The position numbers and the translations under genes are program-made. A stretch of 64,000 bases of DNA from Gemmatimonadales bacterium (GTDB taxonomy: Bacteria; Gemmatimonadota; Gemmatimonadetes; Gemmatimonadales; GWC2-71-9), in NCBI GenBank assembly GCA_038321865.1, contig JBBQFH010000001.1, positions 32,001 through 96,000 of the forward strand, read 5' to 3'. Below are positions 22,790 through 31,708 of the stretch, in pieces (within the stretch, counting starts at the first letter, position 1; each line of letters begins with the position of its first letter). The notes below the pieces were generated by a model. That model was not told where the DNA came from. It worked only from the letters and a program-made list of their open reading frames with translations, and searched no databases.

Positions 22790-23307
22790 CACTCGCCCCG
22801 CGGGTCCGTCGGGTCCCACAGCGTGGAGACGGCGTGGGTCTGCGACGAGAGCCGCTCCAGGTCGTAGACGAAGCGGCCGCGGCTGTATTCCGAGTTTTCG
22901 TAGTGCTGCCCGACGTGGATCGCTTCCTCGGGGCAGACCTCCTGACAATATCCGCAGAACACGCAGCGGAATTCGTCGATCTCGTAGATCAGGGGATACC
23001 GATTCCCCTGCTCGTCCTCGCCGGGGACGAGCTTGATGCAGTTCGCCGGGCAGACCTGCGGGCAGAGCCCGCAGGCCACGCACTTCGAGCGCCCCTGTTC
23101 GTCGGTCAGCATCCGGTGCGTACCGCGCCAGCGCGGCGAAAGCGTCCACGTCCCGCGATCGTCCCGGGTGCTCCGCTCCTCCGGATACTGCATCGTCACC
23201 TTGGTCTGGAACATGTGCTTGAAGGTGAGCGCGAGCCCCTTGAACGTCGCCCGGACGTAGCTGACCTCGCGCTCGGGGCGCGTCATCACCTTGACACCGA
23301 TTGCCAT
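22789..23307 (-). CDS. nuoI: NADH-quinone oxidoreductase subunit I
   Basis: Two ferredoxin motifs: [12 protein letters not shown] and [12 protein letters not shown]. Confidence 0.96.
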   Translation of the reverse strand: MAIGVKVMTRPEREVSYVRATFKGLALTFKHMFQTKVTMQYPEERSTRDDRGTWTLSPRWRGTHRMLTDEQGRSKCVACGLCPQVCPANCIKLVPGEDEQGNRYPLIYEIDEFRCVFCGYCQEVCPEEAIHVGQHYENSEYSRGRFVYDLERLSSQTHAVSTLWDPTDPRGE

Positions 23308-24632
23308 CAGCTCGCCGCCCGGACGCCGCGATCGCGTCCGACGAAGGTTGGCCGCACGGGATCGGGCTCGAGCCGCTGCCGGCGCGACTCGGATCCCGAC
23401 ACGATGGCACCCCGGTCGAGGAGCCAGAACATGATTACGCCGATGATCAGGCTGATCACGGTGAGCGCGAACGCGCGCGTCGTCACGCTGGTGATGCCCA
23501 TCAGGTGCTGCAGCGCGTAGATGGCGCCAGCAATGACCATGATATAGGCGAGCGCCAGTGGCATCAGCACCTTCCAGCCCAGGGCCATGAGCTGGTCATA
23601 GCGGAAGCGCGGAAGGGTCCAACGGATCCACATGACGAAGAAGATCCAGAAGAACGTCTTGATGAAGAACACGAGGTGGCTGAGGACAACCCAGTACCAG
23701 GTGCCGCTTTCGTCCGCCCGCGTGAATGGAATGTCCCAGCCGCCGAAGAACAGCGTGGCCACCATCGCGCTCACGGTCACCACGTTCGCGTACTCCGCAA
23801 TGAAGAACATGGAAAACTTCATCGCGCTGTATTCGGTGTGGTACCCGGCGATCAGTTCCGATTCCGCTTCCGGCAAGTCGAACGGGAGCCGATTGGTCTC
23901 GGCGAAACCGGAGATCAGGAAGATGAAGAACGAGATGAACAGGGGGCCCACGAACCAGAGCGAATGCGCCTGCTCCGCGATGATGGCCGAAAACGAGACG
24001 TTGCCGCTGAGCAGCAGTACGGGGATCAGACTCATCCCCATGGCGACCTCGTAGCTGATCATCTGGGCGCTCGCCCGGAGGCCGCCCAGCAGGCTGTACT
24101 TGCTGTTCGACGCCCAGCCCGCGAGCGCAATGCCGTACACGCCCATCGAACTGATCGCGAGCACGAAGAGGAATCCGACCGGCAGATCGGCGACCACCAT
24201 CGGAAGCATGCCGTGATACGCCACCCGGCCGAAAATCGCGTGAAACACTGCGCCAAGCACGTGGCCGACGAGCGGAATGCGCGCAATTTCCTGTCCGAGA
24301 TCGTCGAAGTTCAGCCGCAGCGGCGCCGCAAAAGGAATCACCGCCGAGAGCATGAGTGCCGGGATGAACGAAAGCGCGGGAGCGAGCAGGAACAGTCCGC
24401 GATTCGATTCCTTCGGGAAGGTCTCTTCCTTGAGGATGTTCTTGAGGCCGTCCGCAGCCGGCTGCAGCAGGCCGGCCCAGCCGACGCGGTTGGGCCCCCG
24501 GCGGTTCTGCATCCAGGCCGAGACCTTGCGCTCCATCAGCGTGAGCAGCGCCACGCCGACCAGCATCACGGTAAAGACGATCAGCATCTTGATGACGCTG
24601 AACAGAATGAATCCCTTGAGTTCGGGACTCAT
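23307..24632 (-). CDS. nuoH: NADH-quinone oxidoreductase subunit H
   Basis: ERKVSAWMQNRRGPNRVG, AETNRLPFDLPEAESEL, PRFRYDQLM; ATG at 24632. Confidence 0.96.
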   Translation of the reverse strand: MSPELKGFILFSVIKMLIVFTVMLVGVALLTLMERKVSAWMQNRRGPNRVGWAGLLQPAADGLKNILKEETFPKESNRGLFLLAPALSFIPALMLSAVIPFAAPLRLNFDDLGQEIARIPLVGHVLGAVFHAIFGRVAYHGMLPMVVADLPVGFLFVLAISSMGVYGIALAGWASNSKYSLLGGLRASAQMISYEVAMGMSLIPVLLLSGNVSFSAIIAEQAHSLWFVGPLFISFFIFLISGFAETNRLPFDLPEAESELIAGYHTEYSAMKFSMFFIAEYANVVTVSAMVATLFFGGWDIPFTRADESGTWYWVVLSHLVFFIKTFFWIFFVMWIRWTLPRFRYDQLMALGWKVLMPLALAYIMVIAGAIYALQHLMGITSVTTRAFALTVISLIIGVIMFWLLDRGAIVSGSESRRQRLEPDPVRPTFVGRDRGVRAAS

Positions 24633-26215
24633 CGGCCGCCCTGTCCTGCGGCTGCCGTCGCCGCCAGCACCCGGCCGCCGAAACCGAGGTCGCCGTGGGT
24701 GAGACCCGCGAGTTCGGGGTACGCGGAGCCAAGCATGGCAAAGGCTTCCGCGGCCGTCGACGGCGCGTCGGCGTCGGGTCCGGGACCGGCAAGGACTTCG
24801 CCGGCCACCCACCAGGCGGGCCGCGCCATCCCCGGCTGCGAGCGCGCCTGCTGATAACGCTGCACCCGCCGGTCGCGATTGACGTAGGTGCCGTTCTCTT
24901 CGGCCATGGTCGTGACGGGCAGCACCAGCGACGCCTCCCGAATCCAGTCGGCCGCCACCGTGCCGAGCACGACGACCTCCGCGCGGGTCTCCCGGATTGC
25001 GGCGACGGCGGCATCATCCAGATCAGCGTCGAGCACGATGACGAAGGCGGCCGAGGCAACCGCCTGCACCGCCGCCTCCCAGTCCCGGTTGTAGCCGACG
25101 AGCTCGGCGCCGTCCGCGTTCGGCGTGCGCTCGCGCCGGAGGGCGAGGTTCGGGATACCTGACAGCGGCGCTTCCTCCCCGAGCGGCACCTGCACCGCGG
25201 CGGTGACCTGGAACGGCTCCAGCAGCCGGCGGACCAGCCCGAGCGATTCGACCGACATGCGGCCTGAGGCGAGCAGCACGGCGGACCCGGCCGCGTCGCG
25301 CAGGATGCGGCCGAATCGGTCCAGCGCGGTGTCCCAGTCGGTGGCCGCGTGGCGATGGCCGTCGTAGACGAGCGGCGCCTCGATGCGGTCGCCGCGGTTG
25401 AGCCAGCGGTAGTCCATCCGGCCATGATCGCACATGAAGTGCCGGTTGACCTCGAGATTCGGCCGCGGGCGGAGCCGCACAATCACGTCGTCGCGGGTAT
25501 CGATCGACGTGTTGCAGCCCTGCGAACATCCCGGGCAGACGCTGGCCGTCTTGTCCAGGTCCCACGCACGCGCCTTGTGCAGGAAGTCCTTCGACAGGAG
25601 CGACCCCACGGGACAGAGGTCGACGACGTTGCCGGCCCACGGGTGATCGAGCAGCTGCTCGCTCGCGATCCCGATGTAGGCCCTGTCGCCGCGCTCGGAC
25701 ACGTTGAGCACCGGCGTCTCGGCGACATCGTCCATGAAGCGGACACAGCGGGTGCAGAGGATGCAGCGGTTCGCCACGTACAGGATATCGGGGCCGAAGT
25801 CCTCGACCGGATTGTAGCGCTTCGCATACTCGCTGTAGCGCGTGCCGGCACGACCCTCCTGAAAGGTGTAGTCCTGCAGCTCACACTCGCCGGCCTGGTC
25901 GCAAATCGGGCAATCGAGCGGATGATTGATCAGGAGGAACTCGAGCACGCCCTGCCGCGCCATGCGCGCCGGCTCGCTGTTGACGTGCACCACCTGCCCC
26001 TCGGCCACGGTCGTCACACACGCCGGCATGAGTTTCGGCGCCTTCTCCACCTCGACCAGGCACATCCGGCACACCGCGGGCGACGGGAGCGACGGGTGGT
26101 AGCAGTAGTGGGGCACGAGGACACCCACCTGCTTGGCGGCCTCGATGATCGTCGTCCCCCTGGGGACGGCGACCTGGGCGCCGTCGATCGTTACGTTGAC
26201 CAGTTCCTCAGCCAT
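24629..26215 (-). CDS. nuoG: NADH-quinone oxidoreductase subunit G (short, 528 aa)
   Basis: HYCYH...CRMC, HPLDCPICDQAGEC, CILCTRC...DLCP, CPGCSQGC...FMCD. Confidence 0.93.
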   Translation of the reverse strand: MAEELVNVTIDGAQVAVPRGTTIIEAAKQVGVLVPHYCYHPSLPSPAVCRMCLVEVEKAPKLMPACVTTVAEGQVVHVNSEPARMARQGVLEFLLINHPLDCPICDQAGECELQDYTFQEGRAGTRYSEYAKRYNPVEDFGPDILYVANRCILCTRCVRFMDDVAETPVLNVSERGDRAYIGIASEQLLDHPWAGNVVDLCPVGSLLSKDFLHKARAWDLDKTASVCPGCSQGCNTSIDTRDDVIVRLRPRPNLEVNRHFMCDHGRMDYRWLNRGDRIEAPLVYDGHRHAATDWDTALDRFGRILRDAAGSAVLLASGRMSVESLGLVRRLLEPFQVTAAVQVPLGEEAPLSGIPNLALRRERTPNADGAELVGYNRDWEAAVQAVASAAFVIVLDADLDDAAVAAIRETRAEVVVLGTVAADWIREASLVLPVTTMAEENGTYVNRDRRVQRYQQARSQPGMARPAWWVAGEVLAGPGPDADAPSTAAEAFAMLGSAYPELAGLTHGDLGFGGRVLAATAAAGQGGR

Positions 26216-26224
26216 TCAGTCCTC

Positions 26225-27532
26225 TCAGACGCCCGCCGCGGTGGGGTGGCGCGTGCCACTCATGTATGCCTCGAACTCGCCGCGGAACTTCTGAATGCCG
26301 CTCACCACCGGCGCGGCGCATGAATCGCTCAGCACGCAGATGGTCTTGCCGGTCATGTTGTCCGCCAGGTCGAAGAGGAGCTGGAAATCGGCCTCGCGTC
26401 CCTTCCCGGCCAGGATCCGTTCGAGCACGCGGGTCGTCCACGCCGTGCCTTCGCGGCACTGGGTGCACTGGGCGCACGATTCGTGGGCGTAGAACTTGGC
26501 GAGTCGCCAGATCTGGTAGACCATGTCGGTGGTGTCATCCATGACGATCATGCCGCCCGAGCCCAGCATCGAGCCGGCCGCCACGATCCCCTCGTAGTCC
26601 ATCACGCAGCCCTCGACCTCGGCCACGTTCATGATCGGCACGGAGGAGCCGCCGGGAATGACGGCCTTCAGCGTGCGGCCGGGACGCATGCCCCCGCACA
26701 TGTCGTAGATAAGCGCCTTCATCGGCGTGCCCATCGTGATTTCATAGTTGCCCGGACGCTGGACGTGTCCGCACACCGAAATCAGCTTGGTTCCCGTGCT
26801 TTTCGGATTGCCGAGGCAGAGCGACTTGTACCACGCCGAGCCGCGCATGAGGATCTGCGGCACCGCGGCGAGGGTCTCGACGTTGTTGATCGTCGTGGGG
26901 AGCGCGAACAGCCCGGCCTGCGCCGGAAACGGCGGCTTGATGCGCGGATTGCCGCGCTTTCCCTCGATCGAATTCATGAGGGCAGTCTCTTCGCCGCAGA
27001 TGTACGCGCCGGCGCCCCGATGCAGGATCATGTCGATCCGCTTCCCGCTGCCGAATGCGTTCGGTCCCAGCGCGCCCTTGGCGTACGCTTCCTCGACGGC
27101 GGCCGTCATGACCCGCCAGGGCTCGGTGAATTCGCCGCGGATGTAGATGTAGCAGGTCTCGGCGCCGATCGCGTATGCGCCGATGGCGCACCCCTCGAGA
27201 AGGGCGTGCGGCGTCCACCGCATGATCTCGCGATCCTTGAAGGTGCCCGGCTCCGATTCGTCGGCATTGCAGACGAGATAGTGCGCCTTGCCGTCTCCCT
27301 TCGGCATGAAGGACCACTTGAGCCCGGTCGGAAAGCCCGCGCCCCCGCGCCCGCGGAGTCCCGACGCCTTCACCTCCTCAATCACCGCCTCGGGCGTCAT
27401 GCCCAGGGCCTTCTTCAGCCCTTCATAGCCGCCACGCTGAACCCAGCCATCGAGGCTGCGCGCTCCGGCGTCGCCGAAATACTTCGAGAGAACGACGTTC
27501 TCCTGCTCATGACTCGGGTGCGGATAACCCAT
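26225..27532 (-). CDS. nuoF: NADH-quinone oxidoreductase subunit F
   Basis: GLRGRGGAGFPTG, NADESEPGT, GAYICGEETAL, ESCAQCTQCREG. Confidence 0.97.
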   Translation of the reverse strand: MGYPHPSHEQENVVLSKYFGDAGARSLDGWVQRGGYEGLKKALGMTPEAVIEEVKASGLRGRGGAGFPTGLKWSFMPKGDGKAHYLVCNADESEPGTFKDREIMRWTPHALLEGCAIGAYAIGAETCYIYIRGEFTEPWRVMTAAVEEAYAKGALGPNAFGSGKRIDMILHRGAGAYICGEETALMNSIEGKRGNPRIKPPFPAQAGLFALPTTINNVETLAAVPQILMRGSAWYKSLCLGNPKSTGTKLISVCGHVQRPGNYEITMGTPMKALIYDMCGGMRPGRTLKAVIPGGSSVPIMNVAEVEGCVMDYEGIVAAGSMLGSGGMIVMDDTTDMVYQIWRLAKFYAHESCAQCTQCREGTAWTTRVLERILAGKGREADFQLLFDLADNMTGKTICVLSDSCAAPVVSGIQKFRGEFEAYMSGTRHPTAAGV

Positions 27533-28071
27533 CAGGGGTACCTCGAGAGAATCTCGGAGATTCTCTCCGGCGTCACATTCTCGATGAAGTCCGTGTCGTC
27601 GACCAGAATCGGCGTCGGGAAGCCGCAGGCCCCCAGGCACTCCACCTCGATGACCGTGAAACGGCCGTCAGCGCTTGTCGTCCCCATCTCCCCGCACCCC
27701 GTTTCCCGGAGCAGGGCGCGGAGCGTGTCTTCGGCGCCGCAGAGCCCACAGGGAGAGGTGGTGCAGACCTGGATGAAGTGGCGTCCCACCGGATGGGTGT
27801 GATACATCGTATAGAAGGTGACAACACCCTTCACGTAGGCCGGCGTAAGATCCAACACCGCGGCCACTTCGCCGATCGCCTGCTGGGAGATCCAGCCCCG
27901 GTTCTCCTGTACCATCCAGAGCGCGGGCAGCAGGCACGCCTGTTTGGTCGGATAGCGCCCGAACAGCGTCTGGAGACGGCTGAGCGTCTCGCCGGTGAAG
28001 ACGGGCTCGTAGGCATCGTCCGAGTGGTGTCCGCCGGCGTGACCACCCGGCGAGAGGACATCGAGGCTCAT
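27532..28071 (-). CDS. nuoE: NADH-quinone oxidoreductase subunit E
   Basis: VVTFYTMY, CTTSPC...CLGAC 2Fe-2S motif; ATG at 28071. Confidence 0.95.
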   Translation of the reverse strand: MSLDVLSPGGHAGGHHSDDAYEPVFTGETLSRLQTLFGRYPTKQACLLPALWMVQENRGWISQQAIGEVAAVLDLTPAYVKGVVTFYTMYHTHPVGRHFIQVCTTSPCGLCGAEDTLRALLRETGCGEMGTTSADGRFTVIEVECLGACGFPTPILVDDTDFIENVTPERISEILSRYP

Positions 28072-29354
28072 CGGTCGATCTCTCCCATGACGATGTCCAC
28101 GCTCGCGTTGATCGCGATGACGTCCGACAGGAGCGCGCCCTCGCACATCTTCGGCAGGCTGGCGAGGTTCAGGAACGACGGCGGACGGATCCGCCACCGG
28201 ACCGGCTTCGCGGTGCCGTCCGACACCATATAGTACCCGAGCTCGCCCTTCGGATTCTCCACTCCGAAGTATGCCTCACCCGCTGGGGGCTTGACCCCTT
28301 CCATGACCTGCTTGAAGTGGAAGATCATGGCTTCCATGTCGCTCATGGCGCGGCTCTTGGGAGGCAGCACCACGCGGGGATCGTCCACGTTGATGGGGCC
28401 CGGCTTCAACTTGTCGAGCGCCTGCTCGAGGATGCGGGTCGACTGGAACATTTCCTCCAGGCGAATGCGGTAGCGATCGTAGATGTCACCGTGCTCGCCG
28501 ACGGGGACGTCGAAGTCGTAGTCCTCGTATCCGAGATAGGGCCGATCCTTCCGCACATCGTAGTCCACGCCGCTGGCCCGGAGCATGGGGCCGGAGAGCG
28601 AGTAGTTGATCGCCTCTTCCCGCGTCAGCACGCCGACGTTCTGCGTCCGCCCGATCCAGATGGCGTTCCGCGTGAACATCGTGTCGACTTCCTTGAGCGT
28701 ATTGGGAAAGGTGCGGGTGAAGTCGCGCAGCGCCGCGTCCCAGCCGTCGGGAATGTCGGCCATCATCCCGCCGACCCGGGTGAGACTCGTCGTCAGCCGG
28801 GCACCGGTCCAGGCCTCCTGCAGGTTGTACACCCGCTCACGCTCCTGGAACGACCACAGAAACGGCGTGAAGGCTCCCAGGTCGATGCCGGTGGTGCCCA
28901 GCCAGACGAGATGGGAGATGATGCGACTCAGCTCGCAGGCGATGACGCGCAGCACGCGGCAGCGCTCGGTCACCTCGATGCCCATCAGCTTTTCGACCGT
29001 GAGCGCCAGGCAGACATTGTTCGCCATCGGCGACAGGTAGTCGGTCCGGTCGGTCAGCGGAATGATCTGATTGTAGTGTCGGTACTCGCCCAGCTTCTCG
29101 AAGCCGGAGTGCAGATACCCGATGTGCGGGATCACGCGCTTGACGGTCTCGCCCTCGAGCTCAACGACGAGCCGGAGGACGCCATGCGTGGCCGGGTGCT
29201 GCGGGCCGATGTTGACCAGCATGTGCTCCGCGCCGAAATCCTCATCGAAGTGCGCGCCCGCGGGCTCGGCGATGCCGAGCGGCACCCGCGTCACGCGGCC
29301 CTCGGCGTCGAGCCCGGGTGTGGCGAGATCCAGTTCAACAGTGCGCGTGCTCAT
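28068..29354 (-). CDS. nuoD: NADH-quinone oxidoreductase subunit D
   Basis: NIGPQHPATHGVLR, GYLHSGFEK, ENPKGELG, DIVMGEIDR. Confidence 0.97.
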   Translation of the reverse strand: MSTRTVELDLATPGLDAEGRVTRVPLGIAEPAGAHFDEDFGAEHMLVNIGPQHPATHGVLRLVVELEGETVKRVIPHIGYLHSGFEKLGEYRHYNQIIPLTDRTDYLSPMANNVCLALTVEKLMGIEVTERCRVLRVIACELSRIISHLVWLGTTGIDLGAFTPFLWSFQERERVYNLQEAWTGARLTTSLTRVGGMMADIPDGWDAALRDFTRTFPNTLKEVDTMFTRNAIWIGRTQNVGVLTREEAINYSLSGPMLRASGVDYDVRKDRPYLGYEDYDFDVPVGEHGDIYDRYRIRLEEMFQSTRILEQALDKLKPGPINVDDPRVVLPPKSRAMSDMEAMIFHFKQVMEGVKPPAGEAYFGVENPKGELGYYMVSDGTAKPVRWRIRPPSFLNLASLPKMCEGALLSDVIAINASVDIVMGEIDR

Positions 29355-29974
29355 TTGAGAAATCCCCGTTCGCCGCGCGCCAGCCGTTCCTGCATGTCCT
29401 TCGGCAGCTCGTCGAAGGCGTCGGCGATCGACAGTTCTTCGAGGGAGTAGTGCGCCTCCGGATTGGCGGCGAGCGCCTGGCGCGTCTGCTCGGCCCTGCT
29501 GAAATGCCCGCGCAGCGGGAAATCCTTCCGGAGGGGGAACCCCTCGGCATAGGTCTCCCACATGAGGATGCGACGGAGGTCGGGATGGCCGGCGAAGCTG
29601 ACGCCGAACATGTCGAAGACTTCGCGCTCCAGCCAGTCGGCGCCCTTCCACAAGTCATACACCGAGCGAACGCTGAGGGGGAGCCGCTTGTCCAGCGCGA
29701 TCTTCACCCGGAGGTCCGCCCGCCGCGCCAGCGAGCGCAGCTGGTACACCACTTCGAGCGGCCGCTCCGGGTCGCGGTAGTCGACCGCGGTGATATCGGT
29801 GAGATAGTCGAACGCCTGCGCCGCATCGTCCCGCAGCCACTCCAGCGCCTCATGCGCGTCATCGTTTGCGACGTAGACGATGGTATCGCCGCAGGAGACG
29901 AGGTGGCGCTCGACGGCGGCACCGAACCGCGCGCGGAGCGCGGCCACCGACGGCGAAACCGGCGCGGCGCTCAT
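29351..29974 (-). CDS. nuoC: NADH-quinone oxidoreductase subunit C
   Basis: [32 protein letters not shown]. Confidence 0.96.
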   Translation of the reverse strand: MSAAPVSPSVAALRARFGAAVERHLVSCGDTIVYVANDDAHEALEWLRDDAAQAFDYLTDITAVDYRDPERPLEVVYQLRSLARRADLRVKIALDKRLPLSVRSVYDLWKGADWLEREVFDMFGVSFAGHPDLRRILMWETYAEGFPLRKDFPLRGHFSRAEQTRQALAANPEAHYSLEELSIADAFDELPKDMQERLARGERGFLK

Positions 29975-30591
29975 GACGACGACCGCGTCTGGTGCACCGA
30001 GTTGCCGAAGGGCTCGGACAGCTCGTCTACCCGTTCGGCCGGCAGGAAGAGGCCGGTGGCGCTGACGGGCTGCTCGCGGCGAATGTTGTCGTCCACGATG
30101 CTCTCGCCCCGGATCTTCTTCTGCAGGAGCATGATGCCGTACATCAACCCTTCGGGCCGCGGCGGACACCCCGGCACGTAGACGTCGACCGGCACGATGG
30201 TGTCGATGCCCTGCACCATGGAATAGTTGTCGAAGATGCCGCCCGAGGACGCGCAGGCGCCCATCGAGATACACCATTTCGGCTGCGGCATCTGGTCCCA
30301 GATGCGGCGGATGACCGGCGCGAGCTTGAATGGCAGGCGTCCGGCACAGATGAGGACATCGGCTTGGCGCGGCGAAAAACTCTGGCGCTCCATGCCGAAG
30401 CGGGCCAGGTCGAAGCGGCTCGCCGCAGTCGCCATGTATTCGATGGCGCAGCACGCCGTTCCAAACGGCATGGGCCACAACGAATTGGAACGCGCCCAAT
30501 TGGTCAGAAAATCGAGCCGGGTCGTGACCCAGTTGGGCGACATCTCCGACACGACCGTCGTGTCGCTCCCGGTGCCGGACACTAGTCCCAT
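29971..30591 (-). CDS. nuoB: NADH-quinone oxidoreductase subunit B
   Basis: [30 protein letters not shown]. Confidence 0.97.
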   Translation of the reverse strand: MGLVSGTGSDTTVVSEMSPNWVTTRLDFLTNWARSNSLWPMPFGTACCAIEYMATAASRFDLARFGMERQSFSPRQADVLICAGRLPFKLAPVIRRIWDQMPQPKWCISMGACASSGGIFDNYSMVQGIDTIVPVDVYVPGCPPRPEGLMYGIMLLQKKIRGESIVDDNIRREQPVSATGLFLPAERVDELSEPFGNSVHQTRSSS

Positions 30592-30947
30592 TGCAGCGCC
30601 CCACGCTTCCAGACGTATACGTAGCCGACAGCGAGGATCACCACGAAGACAAACATCTCGACCAGCAGCAGCCCAGCGATGTCGGTGAGCTGGCGGAATG
30701 CCACCGCCCACGGAATCATGAACACGGCCTCGATGTCGAAGATGATGAACAGCATCGCGACGAGGTAGAACTTGACGGAAAAGCGCTCCCGCGCGTCGCC
30801 CAGAACCGGCATGCCCGACTCGTACGGCGCGACCTTGGTGGCCGTGCGCTCTCCGTAGGACAGGATCTGGGACAGGCCAAGCATGAGGATCGCGTTCGCC
30901 ACGACAAACGCGATGAGCAGCAGGATCGGGATGTACGGTTGAAGCAT
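30582..30947 (-). CDS. nuoA: NADH-quinone oxidoreductase subunit A
   Basis: [28 protein letters not shown]. Confidence 0.97.
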   Translation of the reverse strand: MLQPYIPILLLIAFVVANAILMLGLSQILSYGERTATKVAPYESGMPVLGDARERFSVKFYLVAMLFIIFDIEAVFMIPWAVAFRQLTDIAGLLLVEMFVFVVILAVGYVYVWKRGALQWD

Positions 30948-30959
30948 GCGTGTTCCGAC

Positions 30960-30977
30960 TCGTGAGAATTTTCACAA
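30960..30977. promoter_or_regulatory. Rex-like operator upstream of nuoA
   Basis: Minus strand reads TTGTGAA-AATT-CTCACGA against the Rex consensus TTGTGAA-N4-TTCACAA (12/14); lies between the promoter and the nuoA start. Confidence 0.7.
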
Positions 30978-30989
30978 GGAACGCGGGGG

Positions 30990-31018
30990 AAGTTAATCCG
31001 GTCCCGGAACCGTTTCAA
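30990..31018 (-). promoter_or_regulatory. sigma70-type promoter of the nuo operon
   Basis: TTGAAA (31013-31018), 17-nt spacer, TAACTT (30990-30995). Confidence 0.7.
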
Positions 31019-31057
31019 CCCGCGATGCCGCCAGCACATATCACCCCCGGTGCGTAC

Positions 31058-31063
31058 TATATT
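31058..31063 (+). promoter_or_regulatory. candidate -10 (TATATT) for dcd, divergent from nuo
   Basis: TACTATATT AT-rich patch about 55 nt upstream of dcd. Confidence 0.45.
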
Positions 31064-31116
31064 CTCGGCTCGGGAGGCCGGCGATTCACCCTGACTTTCG
31101 AGGATCCCCAACCCGC

Positions 31117-31677
31117 ATGTCCATCAAATCCGATCGCTGGATCCGCCGTATGGCGCGCGACCATGGGATGATCGAGCCGTTCACCGACGGGCAGGTGCGG
31201 GCCGGCGCGATCTCGTACGGCGTCTCCTCCTACGGTTACGACATGCGGGTGGCCCCCGAATTCAAGATCTTTACCAATGTGCTGTCGGCGATCGTCGACC
31301 CCAAGGCGTTCGACGCGAAGAGCTTCGTTGAGTTCAGCGGTGACGTCTGCATCGTGCCGCCCAACAGCTTCGCCCTCGCTCGGTCGGTCGAGTATTTCAG
31401 AATCCCCCGCAATGTGCTGACGATCTGCGTCGGCAAGTCCACCTATGCCCGCTGCGGCGTGATCACCAACGTCACGCCCTTCGAGCCCGAGTGGGAGGGC
31501 TATGTCACGCTCGAGATTTCCAACACCACGCCGCTTCCGGCGAAGATCTACGCCAATGAGGGCATCTGCCAGGTGCTGTTCTTCGAAGCCGACGATGACG
31601 ACGTGTGCGAAATCAGCTATGCCGACAAGAAGGGCAAGTATCAGGGTCAGGTCGGCGTGACCCTCCCGAAGCTGTAA
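31117..31677 (+). CDS. dcd: dCTP deaminase
   Basis: [45 protein letters not shown]. Confidence 0.96.
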   Translation: MSIKSDRWIRRMARDHGMIEPFTDGQVRAGAISYGVSSYGYDMRVAPEFKIFTNVLSAIVDPKAFDAKSFVEFSGDVCIVPPNSFALARSVEYFRIPRNVLTICVGKSTYARCGVITNVTPFEPEWEGYVTLEISNTTPLPAKIYANEGICQVLFFEADDDDVCEISYADKKGKYQGQVGVTLPKL

Positions 31678-31708
31678 CCCCGTGTCTTCCCACCCGCCCC
31701 GAGGCCCA

